A stretch of DNA of 64,000 nucleotides from Plasmodiophora brassicae (lineage: Eukaryota): positions 1,054,001-1,118,000 of the forward strand of contig CP145418.1 of assembly GCA_036867785.1 (NCBI GenBank), written 5' to 3'. The notes beneath the pieces are model-generated. The model saw only the letters and a list, made by a program, of their open reading frames with translations, ran no database searches and was not told where the DNA came from. Of the stretch, positions 46,539-58,774 are shown one piece after another. Position numbers and translations under genes: made by a program. Numbering within the stretch: position 1 is the first letter of the stretch; each line of letters starts with the position of its first letter.

Positions 46539-48058
46539 ATGTCGACGCCCGGCGTGATAGCACGTGCGCTGGTGGTACTCAGCATCGGCGCCGTTGACGG
46601 TTCGCTGTCGTTCCCGTCGTTGGCGTCACGAGACAGCCCACTTGCCGGGCTGGACCTGTACGCGCCGCCAACGACGTCGTTCATCGGGCCGCAGCCCGAC
46701 GACCCCAACAGGACCAGGAGCGGCCCCATCGTACTGTTCGGCGGCGACCTGTGCGAGCCGGCCACAACGCGCGCTGCAGACGCCATCATCCTGGTAACGA
46801 CGGAAGCGGTGTCGCGAGCGGCGTGCTCCTACGAAGCATGGTACCTGTCGTTGTACGTCACGGGGGCGGCCGCTGTCCTATGTGAGTGCCGCGCCTGTGC
46901 TGGGGTCGCGGCCCAATGATAAGCCCCCGTTCGTCAGTGCCAGAGGTCGACTACCTGCCGTCCCTAAACATGTACAGCAACGACGGGTCGCGAGGCGCCC
47001 ACACGCGCCACCTTCCGATGCTGTTCCTGAACATCGGGCCCAGCGGCGTGCTGTACGACGCGCTCGTCAGCGATGCCCCTGGACGAAACGCCACCGTACG
47101 TCCCGACGTCAACGTCTGGCGATCCGCGCTTGCCTCCTGGTACTACCAGCTGTTCGTCCGGATTCTGCCAAGCGTCGTCCTGATCGTATCGGGCATGACG
47201 GCCGCCGTGTTCTTGGTGGTCCACATGCGCATCATCGATGGCGAGCACATGAGCGATGCTCATACGGTGCGACAACGGTCATTGCCGCGTCGGGCGTCCT
47301 TCATTTGGAAGGCGCTCGGGTTGCCGCACGCCGTCCTGGCCATCGAGGTGGCCACTTCGACCCTGTCCGGTGCCGTCCTGGCCATTGGCGGTTTCTACAG
47401 CACGCCGAACCTGCCCTACCCGGTTCTGCAGTACTTCACCACTTCGCTGGGCGGCTGGAGCCTGTCCGCGTCCCTGCTCTCGGCATCGGCCTGGATCCGG
47501 CATCTGCCCGTCGTCGTCGATGCGTCTCTGGCGACACGCCTGATACGGGGCGACCGCCCCGTCGCGTTCGCGCTGCTGCTGACCGTCCCCGTGGCCATCG
47601 ACACGGCCGGCAGTGTCCTGTTTGCGCTGTACAACAGCAACCAGGTCGTGCCGACAGTCGTCTCGGCACTGGGCTTCGTGTTCCAGCTGACGTTCAGCCT
47701 GCACGTCCTCGTCAGCGTGATGCACTACTATAGGACCGCCCGCCGGGTTCGCCTGCAGGCGACGCGGGCGGCCGGTGACCAGGACGACGGCATGGGTCCC
47801 GTTCTGACGCGGTTGAGCCGATGCGTCCTGGGCATGTCCCTGTCGATGATCCTGATCTGTGTGGGCGCCGCGCTGGTGGTGGCGTCGTCGGCGCACCTGT
47901 ACCGTCCATCGCAGTGGACGATATGCTGGACGCTGGTGTACAACGGGCGTGCGCTGGACAGCGCGTTCCGGGTCGCGATGTTCAAGCCGCGACCGACAAG
48001 CGCCCGCCTGTCCACCGTCGCGCCGGCGCTGGCCGTGCGGGTCACCTCCAAGAAGTAG
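46539..48058 (+). CDS. Signal peptide + ectodomain + about 7 TM GPCR-like membrane protein (2 exons)
   Basis: Hydrophobic leader, ectodomain with CSYE, then about seven hydrophobic helices from YYQLFVRIL to WTLVYNGRALDS. Confidence 0.7.
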
Positions 48059-48505
48059 GGCATCGCGCGCAGGTCGTGCCCTCACCTGTCGGCATAAAGG
48101 CGGTACGGTTCCTATTCGAGGCAAGAGATGATGGGTGCCGGGCCCAGCGTTGTTGTTGACGGCGGAAGCGGCTAGGTGGCCTCCGTTGCTGCCACAGCTG
48201 GCCGGGCGTTGCTGGGCACCACGTGCATTAACGTGGACGACGGCGCGTGTTCGCCACACGCTGCCAGCAGCGCACGTGGGGACGAACCGGGTTGCAAAGA
48301 CTATGCCCAGCAGTTGGAGCGCGGTCAAGCTCAGGTACCCGACTGCCCTGGTGCAGCGCCCACTCTCTGCGTGGTCGTGCCCAGGATGACGGATTCGCTG
48401 CAAATGCTGGGATTTGATAGCTACTGGAATTCAAACGGTGACCTAGCGCCAGCGATCGTGTTGACATCGAACCTGGTGTCCTGACCTTTAGTCATCAACC
48501 ATCGC

Positions 48506-51500
48506 CTACCGTTTGATGTGCTTGACGAACTTCAACGCAATGATCGCAAGGATGCGGTATCCAACGGCAAGAGCGACCAAGCACGCCAGGTACACGTGCC
48601 GCTGGGCGGGATCGACGGCGTACTGCATCAGGACAGACTTGACGCAATCTGCACCGTCGCGGCCAGTGCAGTGAACGTTCAGGCCTGCAACGGCGCCAGA
48701 GAAGTTGTAGAAGATCGCGAACCGGAAGAACGAGATGTTGAAGAACACCACCGAGAACTTGGGCATCGCCTACAAACCCGTCACCGTCAACGTACGGATC
48801 AAGCAGTAGCCGACCAGGTGCCGCCCTACCGAATACACGAGCAGGAATCCGCCGAAACAGGTCAGCACCGTGAAGAATGTAACGGCGGCGCCGCTGGCGA
48901 CCCCAACGGATGGCGACAGACTCACGATGAACCTGACGCAACCTGCGGCCGCCTCGGCACATATCCAGATGCAGATGACGAACTGTAGAATGGCCCGGGG
49001 CCGAAGGGAGAGGCCCGCCAGCATGTAGGCAGGGATGACGGTGATCAGCACCTGTGCCATGATAATCGGCGTCTCCGCCAGGCAGGAGGCAATGAAATAC
49101 TGGGCCTCCGAGTACATGCCGACGGACAGCTCTCGATAATAGCACGGGCGTTCGTTGATGATGCTCGAGATCTTCGAACACTGCGACCAGGTCGTCAGAC
49201 CGGTCATGCTGAATGCGAACGCGAGGCGGCTCATGACGCCATCATAGTTCGGCGGCAGTTGGAAGAACAGACAGCCGATGATGATGGAGAAGACAAACAT
49301 CATCGACAGTCGCACCGTCATAGTGGACGCGTTCCGAACCTCAGCCATAAACCGACGCCGAAGCAGCACAAGAAGAACAGCGCACCAGGATGGCGAATAG
49401 GAGCATGCAGGTTTGTCGTCTTCGGCAGGGCTGTCCACAAAGATCGGCAATGGCAGGTCGTCGACGGCACCAGAGATGTTCAGCGGGAGCGGAGGGACCT
49501 CTGCCGTCGAGCAGATCGTTCGCAGTGCATATTCGGCCAGGTTCTCACCCGGTAGGCACTCCGGATAACCATGGTCGGCACAGAAGGTGGGCAGCAGAGC
49601 AGACGGGCCGAAGTACGCAAGTCGGCCACCGGACGTCAACAGGCAAACGAAATTGAACAGGTCGAACAGCTCGGACGACGGCTGGTGGATCGTGCAGAGA
49701 ACGGGCAGATCTTTGGAAATGGCACGGACGGCTTGCACGACACGAACGGCGCTCGGGGCGTCTAACGCCGTTGTCGCTTCGTCCAGGAACAGGATCCCGC
49801 TGCCGTGACTCAAGGCGGCCAGCTCGGCCCCGATACTGGTCCTCTTGCGAAGTTCCCTATGAACGGGTTAAATCGGGAACGGATGGGCGGTACCGAGGAA
49901 CGCAGCCGCATACGGGTTCAGGTCCACAGCAATCTCGTTGGCGACCGAATGCAGTTGCAAGCTTTCCAGAATACAATCAACATGCCAACTTAGATTCCGG
50001 GGCGACACACGCTTTGATAGGCGAAGCCGGGCACTGCATTCGATTACTTCACGAACCTGGGCAGGTCGCTTGAGTCCTCCACCGATATTTAACAGACAGT
50101 CGTATGCAATTACCGTTGCGAACGACGGCAGAAGGTCAAACTGCTCGACGTACGCAACGTATCGGCGAAAGCGCTCGTTACGAGGCTGTCCATTGATGAG
50201 AATATCGCCGTCTACCGTGCCCGTGTTCTTTCGCATCGCAAGTATATCCAGCAACGTTGTCTTTCCTGCACCACTCGGCCTGCACCAACAACTTAGACGT
50301 CAACCACACGAATCATGACGGATTGGTGCTTGCCCGAGAATGGCGATCATCATTCCTGGTTGTGCGAATCCCGAGATATCGTGCAGAAGAACGCGATTTC
50401 CGACCGTGTACGTCAGATGCGTGAATGCAAGCCGCGAGCCGTCCTTGCTCGGTGCCTCCAGCGAACCTGCAGAACCCGTTATGAGGAGCGTACAGCATTC
50501 TGAAGTGAACCCTACCCCTAGTTTCCGAACGTGTTTCCACATGAACATGATCACTAGGTGCGAGATTCGCCAGCTCAACGGAGGGTTCTTTGCCAATAGC
50601 GGAATCGCTGCCGCTTCGAGCTTCAAAGTTCAGGAACGTCATGCACAGAATCGACAGCAGTTGAAACAGCGCGACGAAGACCCACGTAACGCCCCACAGA
50701 CTCAACGGCGACAATCCAGACGAATTCAGGGAATGCTCGGTTAACAGGTCTGTACCTGTTAACCAGCGACAGGAATCCGTTGGAGCACAGTAGAGTTGAA
50801 GCCCGTCAAGCTCGTTGATGGCGTACGCCTGCACACATAGGGTAAGTGTGAAGGCGAGACACAGGCGGCTCGGCGCACCTGGAACACCCTGGTGAAGTAC
50901 GATACGAAGTTGACCCATCTCAGGAACCCAGGAATAAGGCGAACAGGTACAGTAAACCCCTGACATGACCAGAAAAGGTCATTTGTAATAACGGCGACCG
51001 TCGCTGCCATAGCCTGTGTATGGTCCCCGGATTATGTCAACGATCGTTGTACTTCAACAGACGATCGCTGACCTCGTTTGGAATCAGGTTCGCTATGAAG
51101 GATGTCCACGATCGACTGACTATTGCCAGCTGGAACGTAATCATACAGAATATCACGAACCGGCCACTGAACAGTCCATCACGCATCCCTGAAAACACAT
51201 GAGATACGATACGCGGGGGTCCCTTGACCAACTAAACCAATCATAGGGTAGGTGATCGTTGTCAAGATCATGGTCTGAAGAGCCAGAATGGGAAGATCAG
51301 CGATTATGTTGGCCAGGAAATATGCCAGGACTCTGTAGTAACCGGCATTCCTTTGCGAATAAAACAATGCCCTGAGATTGGTCAGTACCTGGTCGATACG
51401 CCAATACCAGATGACTACGAATCGTACCGAGACTGAAACGTCTGAGAAATTTCATCAAGCCCATCGTAGCCAATGAAGCCAGCTACTACGATAATCGCGC

Positions 51501-53523
51501 CTAAGCGGGAACGTGCCCCAGCCTGTGAGGATCAGTGCCTTGGTAAAACATCCATTGCGGAGTGGCACCTGAGATGTGTCGAGCTGCCAGAAGACAGTTC
51601 CACAAACGAGGGCAATGATCAGAGCCCTCGTTACGCGTGAAATAACCTTGGACGTCTCACGAACGTTCATGACAATTTCTCTGACGGTTCAGCTGAGATG
51701 GCTCGTCTGAACAACGACAACGGTACGTACCGTCGCAGGCACGCCAGGAACTGCGAGGTCAAAGTGGAGTTGAACTTTGTTTTCAGGCCAAAGCCCACGA
51801 GCTCCTTGGCAAGCTCGGATCGCAAGAGTTTCCGGGTGCAAGCGTTCTGCGCAATCTCGTCGAGCACGTTGTACGCCGATATGCGCGTTGCCTGTCGTTC
51901 ACACGACTCAACGTTTTCTTCGGCCCACAGGACTCTGCCCAGGTCTTCAAAGAATCGGGAATTTCGATACGATCGAGCAAGAAGCAACGATGTGCCCCCT
52001 TGCCGGTGCGGTACCAGCGCATGGCATGTCCCGTCGCGAAAGACGTTCTCGAGATGCGCGTCGAACGAAATTATGGAATCGGACAATGATGAAACGCCAT
52101 GGTAGTGACGAGATGGATCAGCACTGATATCCGAAAGGAAGTCGGGAACTGTCTTTCCCTTTGGCCTCACGTATCTGCACTGAAGGGTTGATACATGCAT
52201 GATCCCGATTTCCACGACGCTTTACCCCAGGTGCTCCATATAGGTAGCGGCCTGGCCAGTTGGGCCAAAGTACACCATCTGTCCTCGCGACTGCATGTGA
52301 ATAAAGTCGAACTTCGAGAACAGCTCAGGCGACACCTGGCAGGGCACACAGGTCAGCAGATGCCGAAACGCAGAGCAATCAATCGTTACCTGAACCAGCG
52401 ACATCATGACGGCGCGACCGCAATCGGTAAGACTCCTTGCAATCGAAACCAGCTCCATCGCGCTATTGGAATCGAGACCGTTCGTAGGGCCGTCCATAAG
52501 GAAGACTGAGCCACAAAAGCGAATGACGTCACAGTCGACCGAACGATGCTATGTTCGATAAACATACCCGCATGGCCGGCAGCGACCTCAAGGGCTATTG
52601 TCAACCGACGACGTTCGCCTCCACCTGTTGACAGGCAAACCCAACCGACATCAATGACTTTTCGTGGGCAGCACACCGTAGACGTACTGATGCCCCGAAC
52701 GGTGGCGCTTCCGATTAGCGAATTGGCGCGGTGCGTCAGCTTCAGCAGGTGCAGGATGACGCGCACCTGGAAGTCGATGAATCGATCGGGCAGCAAAGGC
52801 GACGCTCTTAGGACAAGTGAGAACCGGATCGCCTCGCTGACTTTCATATGCCCGATGTGAAGATCTGCCACCGCACGGAGCTCGTCAGTATGATGGCCGG
52901 GCAGCAACGACGAGGTTCGGAACCTTCGAACGGGACATACGAAACGACCTTGCGATAGTCAGGAGGGTTCGCAACGCCATTCAGTCGGAGGTCGCCTCTG
53001 ACGCTACCGCCCTGTTGCCGTCTCGCCAGAACCTTCAGCAAGCTCGAAATCCCGGCGTCGCTCGCCCCAAGGCCGAGGACCAGCATTCCTGTGGGACAGG
53101 AGCATGAGACTCCTGATGGCCATACCTTCCAGCCAACATGCCTGGTTTGAGGAATCCGGAAACGCCTTCGAACACGCGACGATTCTCACGGTAATACGAG
53201 ATGCTACGATAGGTCAGCGTCGATGGCTGCTCGATCAGCCCGGCATCCAGTTGCAATAGTGTCAGGCGTTTGTACGCGTCGGTCGTCATTTTCGACAGGT
53301 CGAACGCCGCCAGGCTGTTCGTCCCAATGGCGTTCACCAGCTGCGATTCGGCATCGTCGGCGACGGCCTCGCCTATCGGGCGACGACCGCCACCGTCGAC
53401 GGACACGAAGCTCGACGAGCGCACCATGTCGGCATCAGCATCCGTCACCATCGACATCTCCAATAACGACGGATCCGAGTGTACGCGCCGGATCGACGAC
53501 GTTCCGTCCACGTCGGCAGCCAT
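48506..53523 (-). CDS. Full-size ABCG/PDR-type transporter (NBD-TMD-NBD-TMD), many introns
   Basis: NBD1 [24 protein letters not shown]2 [44 protein letters not shown] in TMD2. Confidence 0.9.
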
Positions 53524-54322
53524 CGTGACTCAATGTCTACCACCGCGAGCCACCCAGTGTCGGCCCGGTGCCGTACCCCTCCAGAAACTGCGCCGTACCC
53601 GAGCGTGACTGCGTGCCCTGCGGATCCGCACGCACGCACACGCACATGTGCGCGCTCGGGGTTGCTCTTCAGCAGCGCACACTGACTGAGCGTGCCGCGT
53701 GTTGGGCACCGTGTTCCTGGCGGTTCCACGGACGTTGGGATCACCCCTGATTACCAGTCACGGTTGCGTGGGCTGGCCATACAGGAGCGGAAGGCAACAT
53801 GGAATGCGGTTCCTGACCCAGATGTGATCGGGCTGTGCCCAGTAAAGGGCACTTCCAGCACTGTCCGTTGTGGGCCAACGATCTCTCAGCAACTGCTGGG
53901 GGCTGGGGGGAGAGGAGTCCCATAGACCGTGCTTGCTGAGGGAGCGCCGTCGAGGGAAGTTCGTTCGCAATCCAGCCGAACGGCACGTCTCCCTCATTTA
54001 CGATCTCCGGGTTCACGTGGGGCGAGTTCCAATGTGCAACTAGGCATCGTTAGCTTGCCCCGCTCACTCAATGCGGATTCGACTAGCCTTAGCTCAAGGG
54101 AGCCGAGGCCTACGTGCCATTTCGTGCAGACGAAGCGCGGTGACGTTGGGTGACACACGGGCCAAGGCGTGCAGTGAGCCGTTATCAGCAAGCGTCAAAG
54201 GACCAGGCCCCATCGGCGTCGAGTGACCAAACCAGCACAATATCAGTTCATTCAACAATACAAATACAGAGCAATAGGAACAAGGGACGTCGGTCACTTT
54301 CAGCCCTGATGGGCAGATTCGC

Positions 54323-55328
54323 TCAGGGTGCCGTACGGTACCCGTTGTTGTCGTACGTCTGACAGGCTTGATATTCCGACCCCAGGTCACACGACTTGAT
54401 GATGCCTTCGAAATTCGCGGCGTTCGTGACAGAGCACGCTGACGCTACCGATGAGGCGAGCGAGCAGCCACCCGACCCGATGTCGGTGTACTCGGCGGCG
54501 AACACAGGCTTGCCCGCCTGGATGAACGGGCCGTACTTCGCGCAGTCGCCCGGGAATTCGGCACAGGACTCGACGATGGCGAAGTCGAACTTGGGGACCA
54601 GGTTGTACGGCGTGATCAGGTCCGCCGAGTTCTTCAGACCAACAGCCATGCCCAGACCATGCACCGTTGTCGAGATCCAGTTCAGGTAGTCCAACGCGTC
54701 GTTAAGCGTCAGATCTGTCTTGCCCGCGGGGAACGTGTCGTACGTGTACGCGTCCAGGTTGTCGGGCTCGATGGCATGGCACCCGTACGAGGCCATGCGC
54801 TGGAACCGGGCCTTGATCAGCGACCTCGTCTCGTTACGGCGGGTGTCCAGGAAGTACTCTCCGGGCCAACCAGGATACGCGTTGCCAATGATTGTGGGCT
54901 TGACGGCCTTGAAACGTGCCGCGTCGGATGCAGTCGTGTCTAGCGAACCCACTGTTGCCCAAATCAGAACGCTGTGGCAGTGCCGTCGATGGATGACGAA
55001 ATCACACCGTTGACGTAGCAGATGATGTAGCGGTCGTTGGCGTGAAGGTCGTTCATCAACGTCGTAATGTCAGTCGAATCGAGCTGTTCAGGGTCGACGT
55101 CCCACACGGGAACGTTCGGAGTCGTCACATCCGGGACCGCGTCCAACGTCAGCTCCCACTAAAGAACCATATTCGAACATCAGCACCGCGTTACTTGTGG
55201 CACACACACGAGGAACGTACCTGCCAGCCCATGCCGATCGCAGGCCGAGGCCAGGCTGCATGAACGTCAACGACCCCATACAGGACCGCCGTTGTGACTG
55301 CGAATGCCAATGTGCTCGTGATGCCCAT
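54323..55328 (-). CDS. Secreted glycoside hydrolase family 114 (endo-alpha-1,4-polygalactosaminidase-like), 3 exons
   Basis: Signal peptide; WQWEL, ICYVNVGS, WPGEYFLD, EPDNLD, GLKNS, AIVESC, GKPVFAAEY. Confidence 0.88.
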
Positions 55329-55961
55329 AACGTCAACCTTTCGAAAACCGGCAAGATACGAAATGACCGTTAGCGCCTCGTGCATCTCAGATACCTAGCC
55401 TGGTGGGGTCGGCCATCCACCCGCGCTTCGCGCCAATTGGGACATATCTGTGAAATATCTGACACCGCGAGACACCATTGCCCCGCCAGACATATCTAGG
55501 CGATATGTCTGGAATATCCTAGTGGATGATTCTTGTCGGACGCCGCTTGGCGTATCTACTACACGCCAAGTATTGATTGAAGTGGATGAATTATAACGTC
55601 GAGACGTGCATTCAAAGGCCACCGTGTTCTGACTGCCTGCCTGCTGATGATCTCAGGTCATTCCAAGAGTGCATATCTCGCTGAACAATTAATGCCAATA
55701 GGTGGGAGTGGGACACCAAGCACCCGCGGCTCACATATCGTGAAGATATTTGACCTGGCGGCCGAGCACGTTCACTACGCGTCAAATATCTAGATATCGA
55801 GGCTCCTGTGGGTGGTCACCGACTCGTGCCTGGCATTGACGTGGCCGCTACAGATTTCTGACCACTGTTTCCCTGGTCATCACCAAGCAAAATCATATAT
55901 CCACGAATGGGGAACGATCGGTACGCCGGTGTCGGAAACTGTTTAAATGTCGTCGTCACGG

Positions 55962-56883
55962 CTAGGTGCACTTCCAGAGAGAGTTGATCAACGAGCGTCG
56001 TCTGCCCCGTTTGACGATCGCACGGACAAGGGCACAGGGCACGACCGTCCAGTCAAAAGTGCCAGGCGACCTGAACACGAAATCGTGACGGCTGCCAGGT
56101 AACGCCAGCAGAGCAGCCTGTACAAACCATAACTGTCCGTTTGTTGGACGTTCCTTCAACGCCATCGGCACGGATGTGACGAATGGCAAGGTCATCAAGA
56201 CGTCTTCGTGGATCAGGTCAATCTCGATCCAACCCTGTTAGTTTACCAGTCATAATGCAGATTGCGGTCCTGACCAGAGAAGGCATGCGGCGCCCGCGTT
56301 TTCACCATGGGTGGACCAATGGTTCGTGAACGGGGGCACGGCGTCGAATGCGTTGCCACTTGACTGCCACCATGGCATACACGACGATAAACAACTGACT
56401 GTATCATTGAAGGGATGCTATAATGCGGTCGACGACAGGCAGGGCGGTCAGGAACAGGAACTCGAGCGGAGCCCATGCAAAAATGATCGTGTTGAGGGCG
56501 AACCGGACCACGCTGCGCTTGGCGTGCTGACGACGGATGGGACTGCCATCAGGGCGCACGGGGCCTTTGATATACCGATCGACCATGTCAACGCCGGCCT
56601 TCAGCAGCATCGTGATCAGCAGGGGTTTCCAGATGCCCCGACCATTCGCAAGTTGCTTGCCGACATCTACACCGCAGCACAGTCAGACGTCCAGAGGCGG
56701 CCTGGCAGCACAAGTGGACCCACGGTCGGAGTACGCCTTCCGCAAACGTCGGACCCAGGGCTTGTCGACCGCTGCAACGACCTGGTCAAACGCTGTAACT
56801 CGAACGCCCGTGCCCGCGCCCAACGTCACACCGCATAGGATCGCGACGGCCACGACGAGCACAACCAGTCTCGCCAACGACAT
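55962..56883 (-). CDS. Hypothetical signal-peptide/membrane protein (multi-exon), copy 1
   Basis: MSLARLVVLVVAVAILCGVTLG leader; hydrophobic FALNTIIFAWAPLEFLFLTAL; GT-AG introns; exon structure uncertain. Confidence 0.45.
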
Positions 56884-57040
56884 GGCCGTTGTCCAGTGGG
56901 CAGTGGCGCTCGAAATTAGCGTGCCGGGAATAGGGCGCAGTAACAGCCCTGTGAGTGGGGGGCAGGCGGGCAGCAGACTGCAGACTGCACTGGACTGCCG
57001 ACTGCGCTGTTAAGTACAGTCGGCGATCCACCGTGGGGGC

Positions 57041-58534
57041 ATGCCCGCATCGCGTCCCAGGATACGTTCAGCGGCGTGCTTGGACAGCCTGCATCGCGTC
57101 AACGCTGCTGTACTGCACGCCCTGGAACACGGTGATGACGTACCGAAGGTGACGCCTCGGCGACACCGGCGCCAGGTTCGCCCACATTCGGCTCCCGTGC
57201 CCAGCAGTAGCAGCATCGTACCCGATCTGCCACCCGTCATCGCCGCCGATGATAAGGAGGAGTTTATGCAACGGGCGCGCATGGCGCTGATGACCGACGG
57301 CGAATGGGCAACGATCAGTAGTACACGTCTGTTCGAACGACAGCAACACGTGGACGAGTACAACATGATGACAGAGTTCCAAGGTCTGTTCCGGATGGCC
57401 TCTCGACACCTGTTCTGTGGGTCCCCGCCCGATCTGCGAATCCCCGTCCTGGCACAAATTCCACCCATGACCGATCTCGACACGCGCACCTCTGTCATTG
57501 ACTTCTGTATCGCTCGCCTGGACGACGATGGTGAGGATATGCTAGATGCCTTCGACAACGCAACCCCAAATCAGGGCACGCCATTCGACTTCATCCAATT
57601 GCTTCCCGACACCTGTACAATTAGAGCAGCCTTAGGCATTGAAACGCAAGATGAACCCGAGGGCAGCAACGCCGACGACGATATCTGCGAAGGGCAGTAT
57701 GAGGAGGAGGGCGATGTTCTGGAAGAAGGCGCAATGCCGACTGCGGTTCCTATTGACGCGGATCTGAGCGTGACAAGCCTGGTAGAACGGGAGAAGGTGC
57801 GCATGACGTCGATGGTGCAACGATTGTCGAAAGATATTCGCGAAAGCGCCAAGGTGCAGGATATGCCCTTAATCCTGACAGACGTGTTCGAACCGGCGCT
57901 GATCAGCGAAGCCATGCTGCTGCCGTTGGAGCTCCTTACCCAGTCACTGCGACGACGTCCCCAGACCCCTGTCCCTCCACCGCCACCCGTTTCGCCATTG
58001 CCGAATTTCGGTCGGCGTCTACATCGAACGTTATCGACGATCAGAATGAAGACCATGTCTGTGGCCGGCCGAGCAGACGTCCAGGAAGAGCAGCGGGAGC
58101 CCATGCCAAGGTCACCCTCACGTGACAAACCGAGTCTGTTCATTGAAAGGACGACACTGCTGCCCAAGCGCCCCGCGCTTCGGTCGCAGACGGCGTGCTC
58201 GTGGCGTTCCGATGACGAGAACAGCCTGGACGAGTACGGCGGGTCCAGTCGCCCTCAGTCGGCCGGGTACCGACTGGAAACAACCCCGTATCCTGCCCCA
58301 GGTAGCCAGGAACGATCACTCTGCGGTCCGGCGTGGCCAGCAGCCCTGAAGCGTTCCCCGCGTGGACGTCCCCTGCGACGAACCGTGTCGCGTCAGGTTG
58401 TTCAGCACCCCTCGCCCCGACGACTGCTGACCGTCTACGTTGCATTGCGCCTGCCCCGCGTCGAGGCCGTCTTCCTCGACACGCTGAAATCCATCACCTT
58501 GGCCAATGATGAGAACCGATCCCGCGTTCTCTGA
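57041..58534 (+). CDS. Hypothetical protein (497 aa), copy 1
   Basis: Long ORF with acidic and Pro/Arg-rich regions; no recognised domain. Confidence 0.65.
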   Translation: MPASRPRIRSAACLDSLHRVNAAVLHALEHGDDVPKVTPRRHRRQVRPHSAPVPSSSSIVPDLPPVIAADDKEEFMQRARMALMTDGEWATISSTRLFERQQHVDEYNMMTEFQGLFRMASRHLFCGSPPDLRIPVLAQIPPMTDLDTRTSVIDFCIARLDDDGEDMLDAFDNATPNQGTPFDFIQLLPDTCTIRAALGIETQDEPEGSNADDDICEGQYEEEGDVLEEGAMPTAVPIDADLSVTSLVEREKVRMTSMVQRLSKDIRESAKVQDMPLILTDVFEPALISEAMLLPLELLTQSLRRRPQTPVPPPPPVSPLPNFGRRLHRTLSTIRMKTMSVAGRADVQEEQREPMPRSPSRDKPSLFIERTTLLPKRPALRSQTACSWRSDDENSLDEYGGSSRPQSAGYRLETTPYPAPGSQERSLCGPAWPAALKRSPRGRPLRRTVSRQVVQHPSPRRLLTVYVALRLPRVEAVFLDTLKSITLANDENRSRVL

Positions 58535-58774
58535 TACAAATGCAATATGCACCATAACGATCGCGAATCGCCATGTATGCGCTGTTGTTGCTGTTGTTGC
58601 AAGGGTGCACGTTGCCGAAGGGGAGCCCGGCGGCTGCGGTCCCCTCGAACAATGCTGGCGGCGTCCGTGACGGCGCGGGCCGCCGCTCTTCGTCGGCGAT
58701 TATTCGTATCGTCGCCCCGGTGGACAATACGTCGGACAATGTCGGGTGTCGTCGTCGACTGCGACACGGGGGCC

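Noticed and set aside
53600-54300. Short ORFs between the ABCG and GH114 genes (also 48135-48484)
   Set aside because: No motifs or coherent exon structure; treated as intergenic
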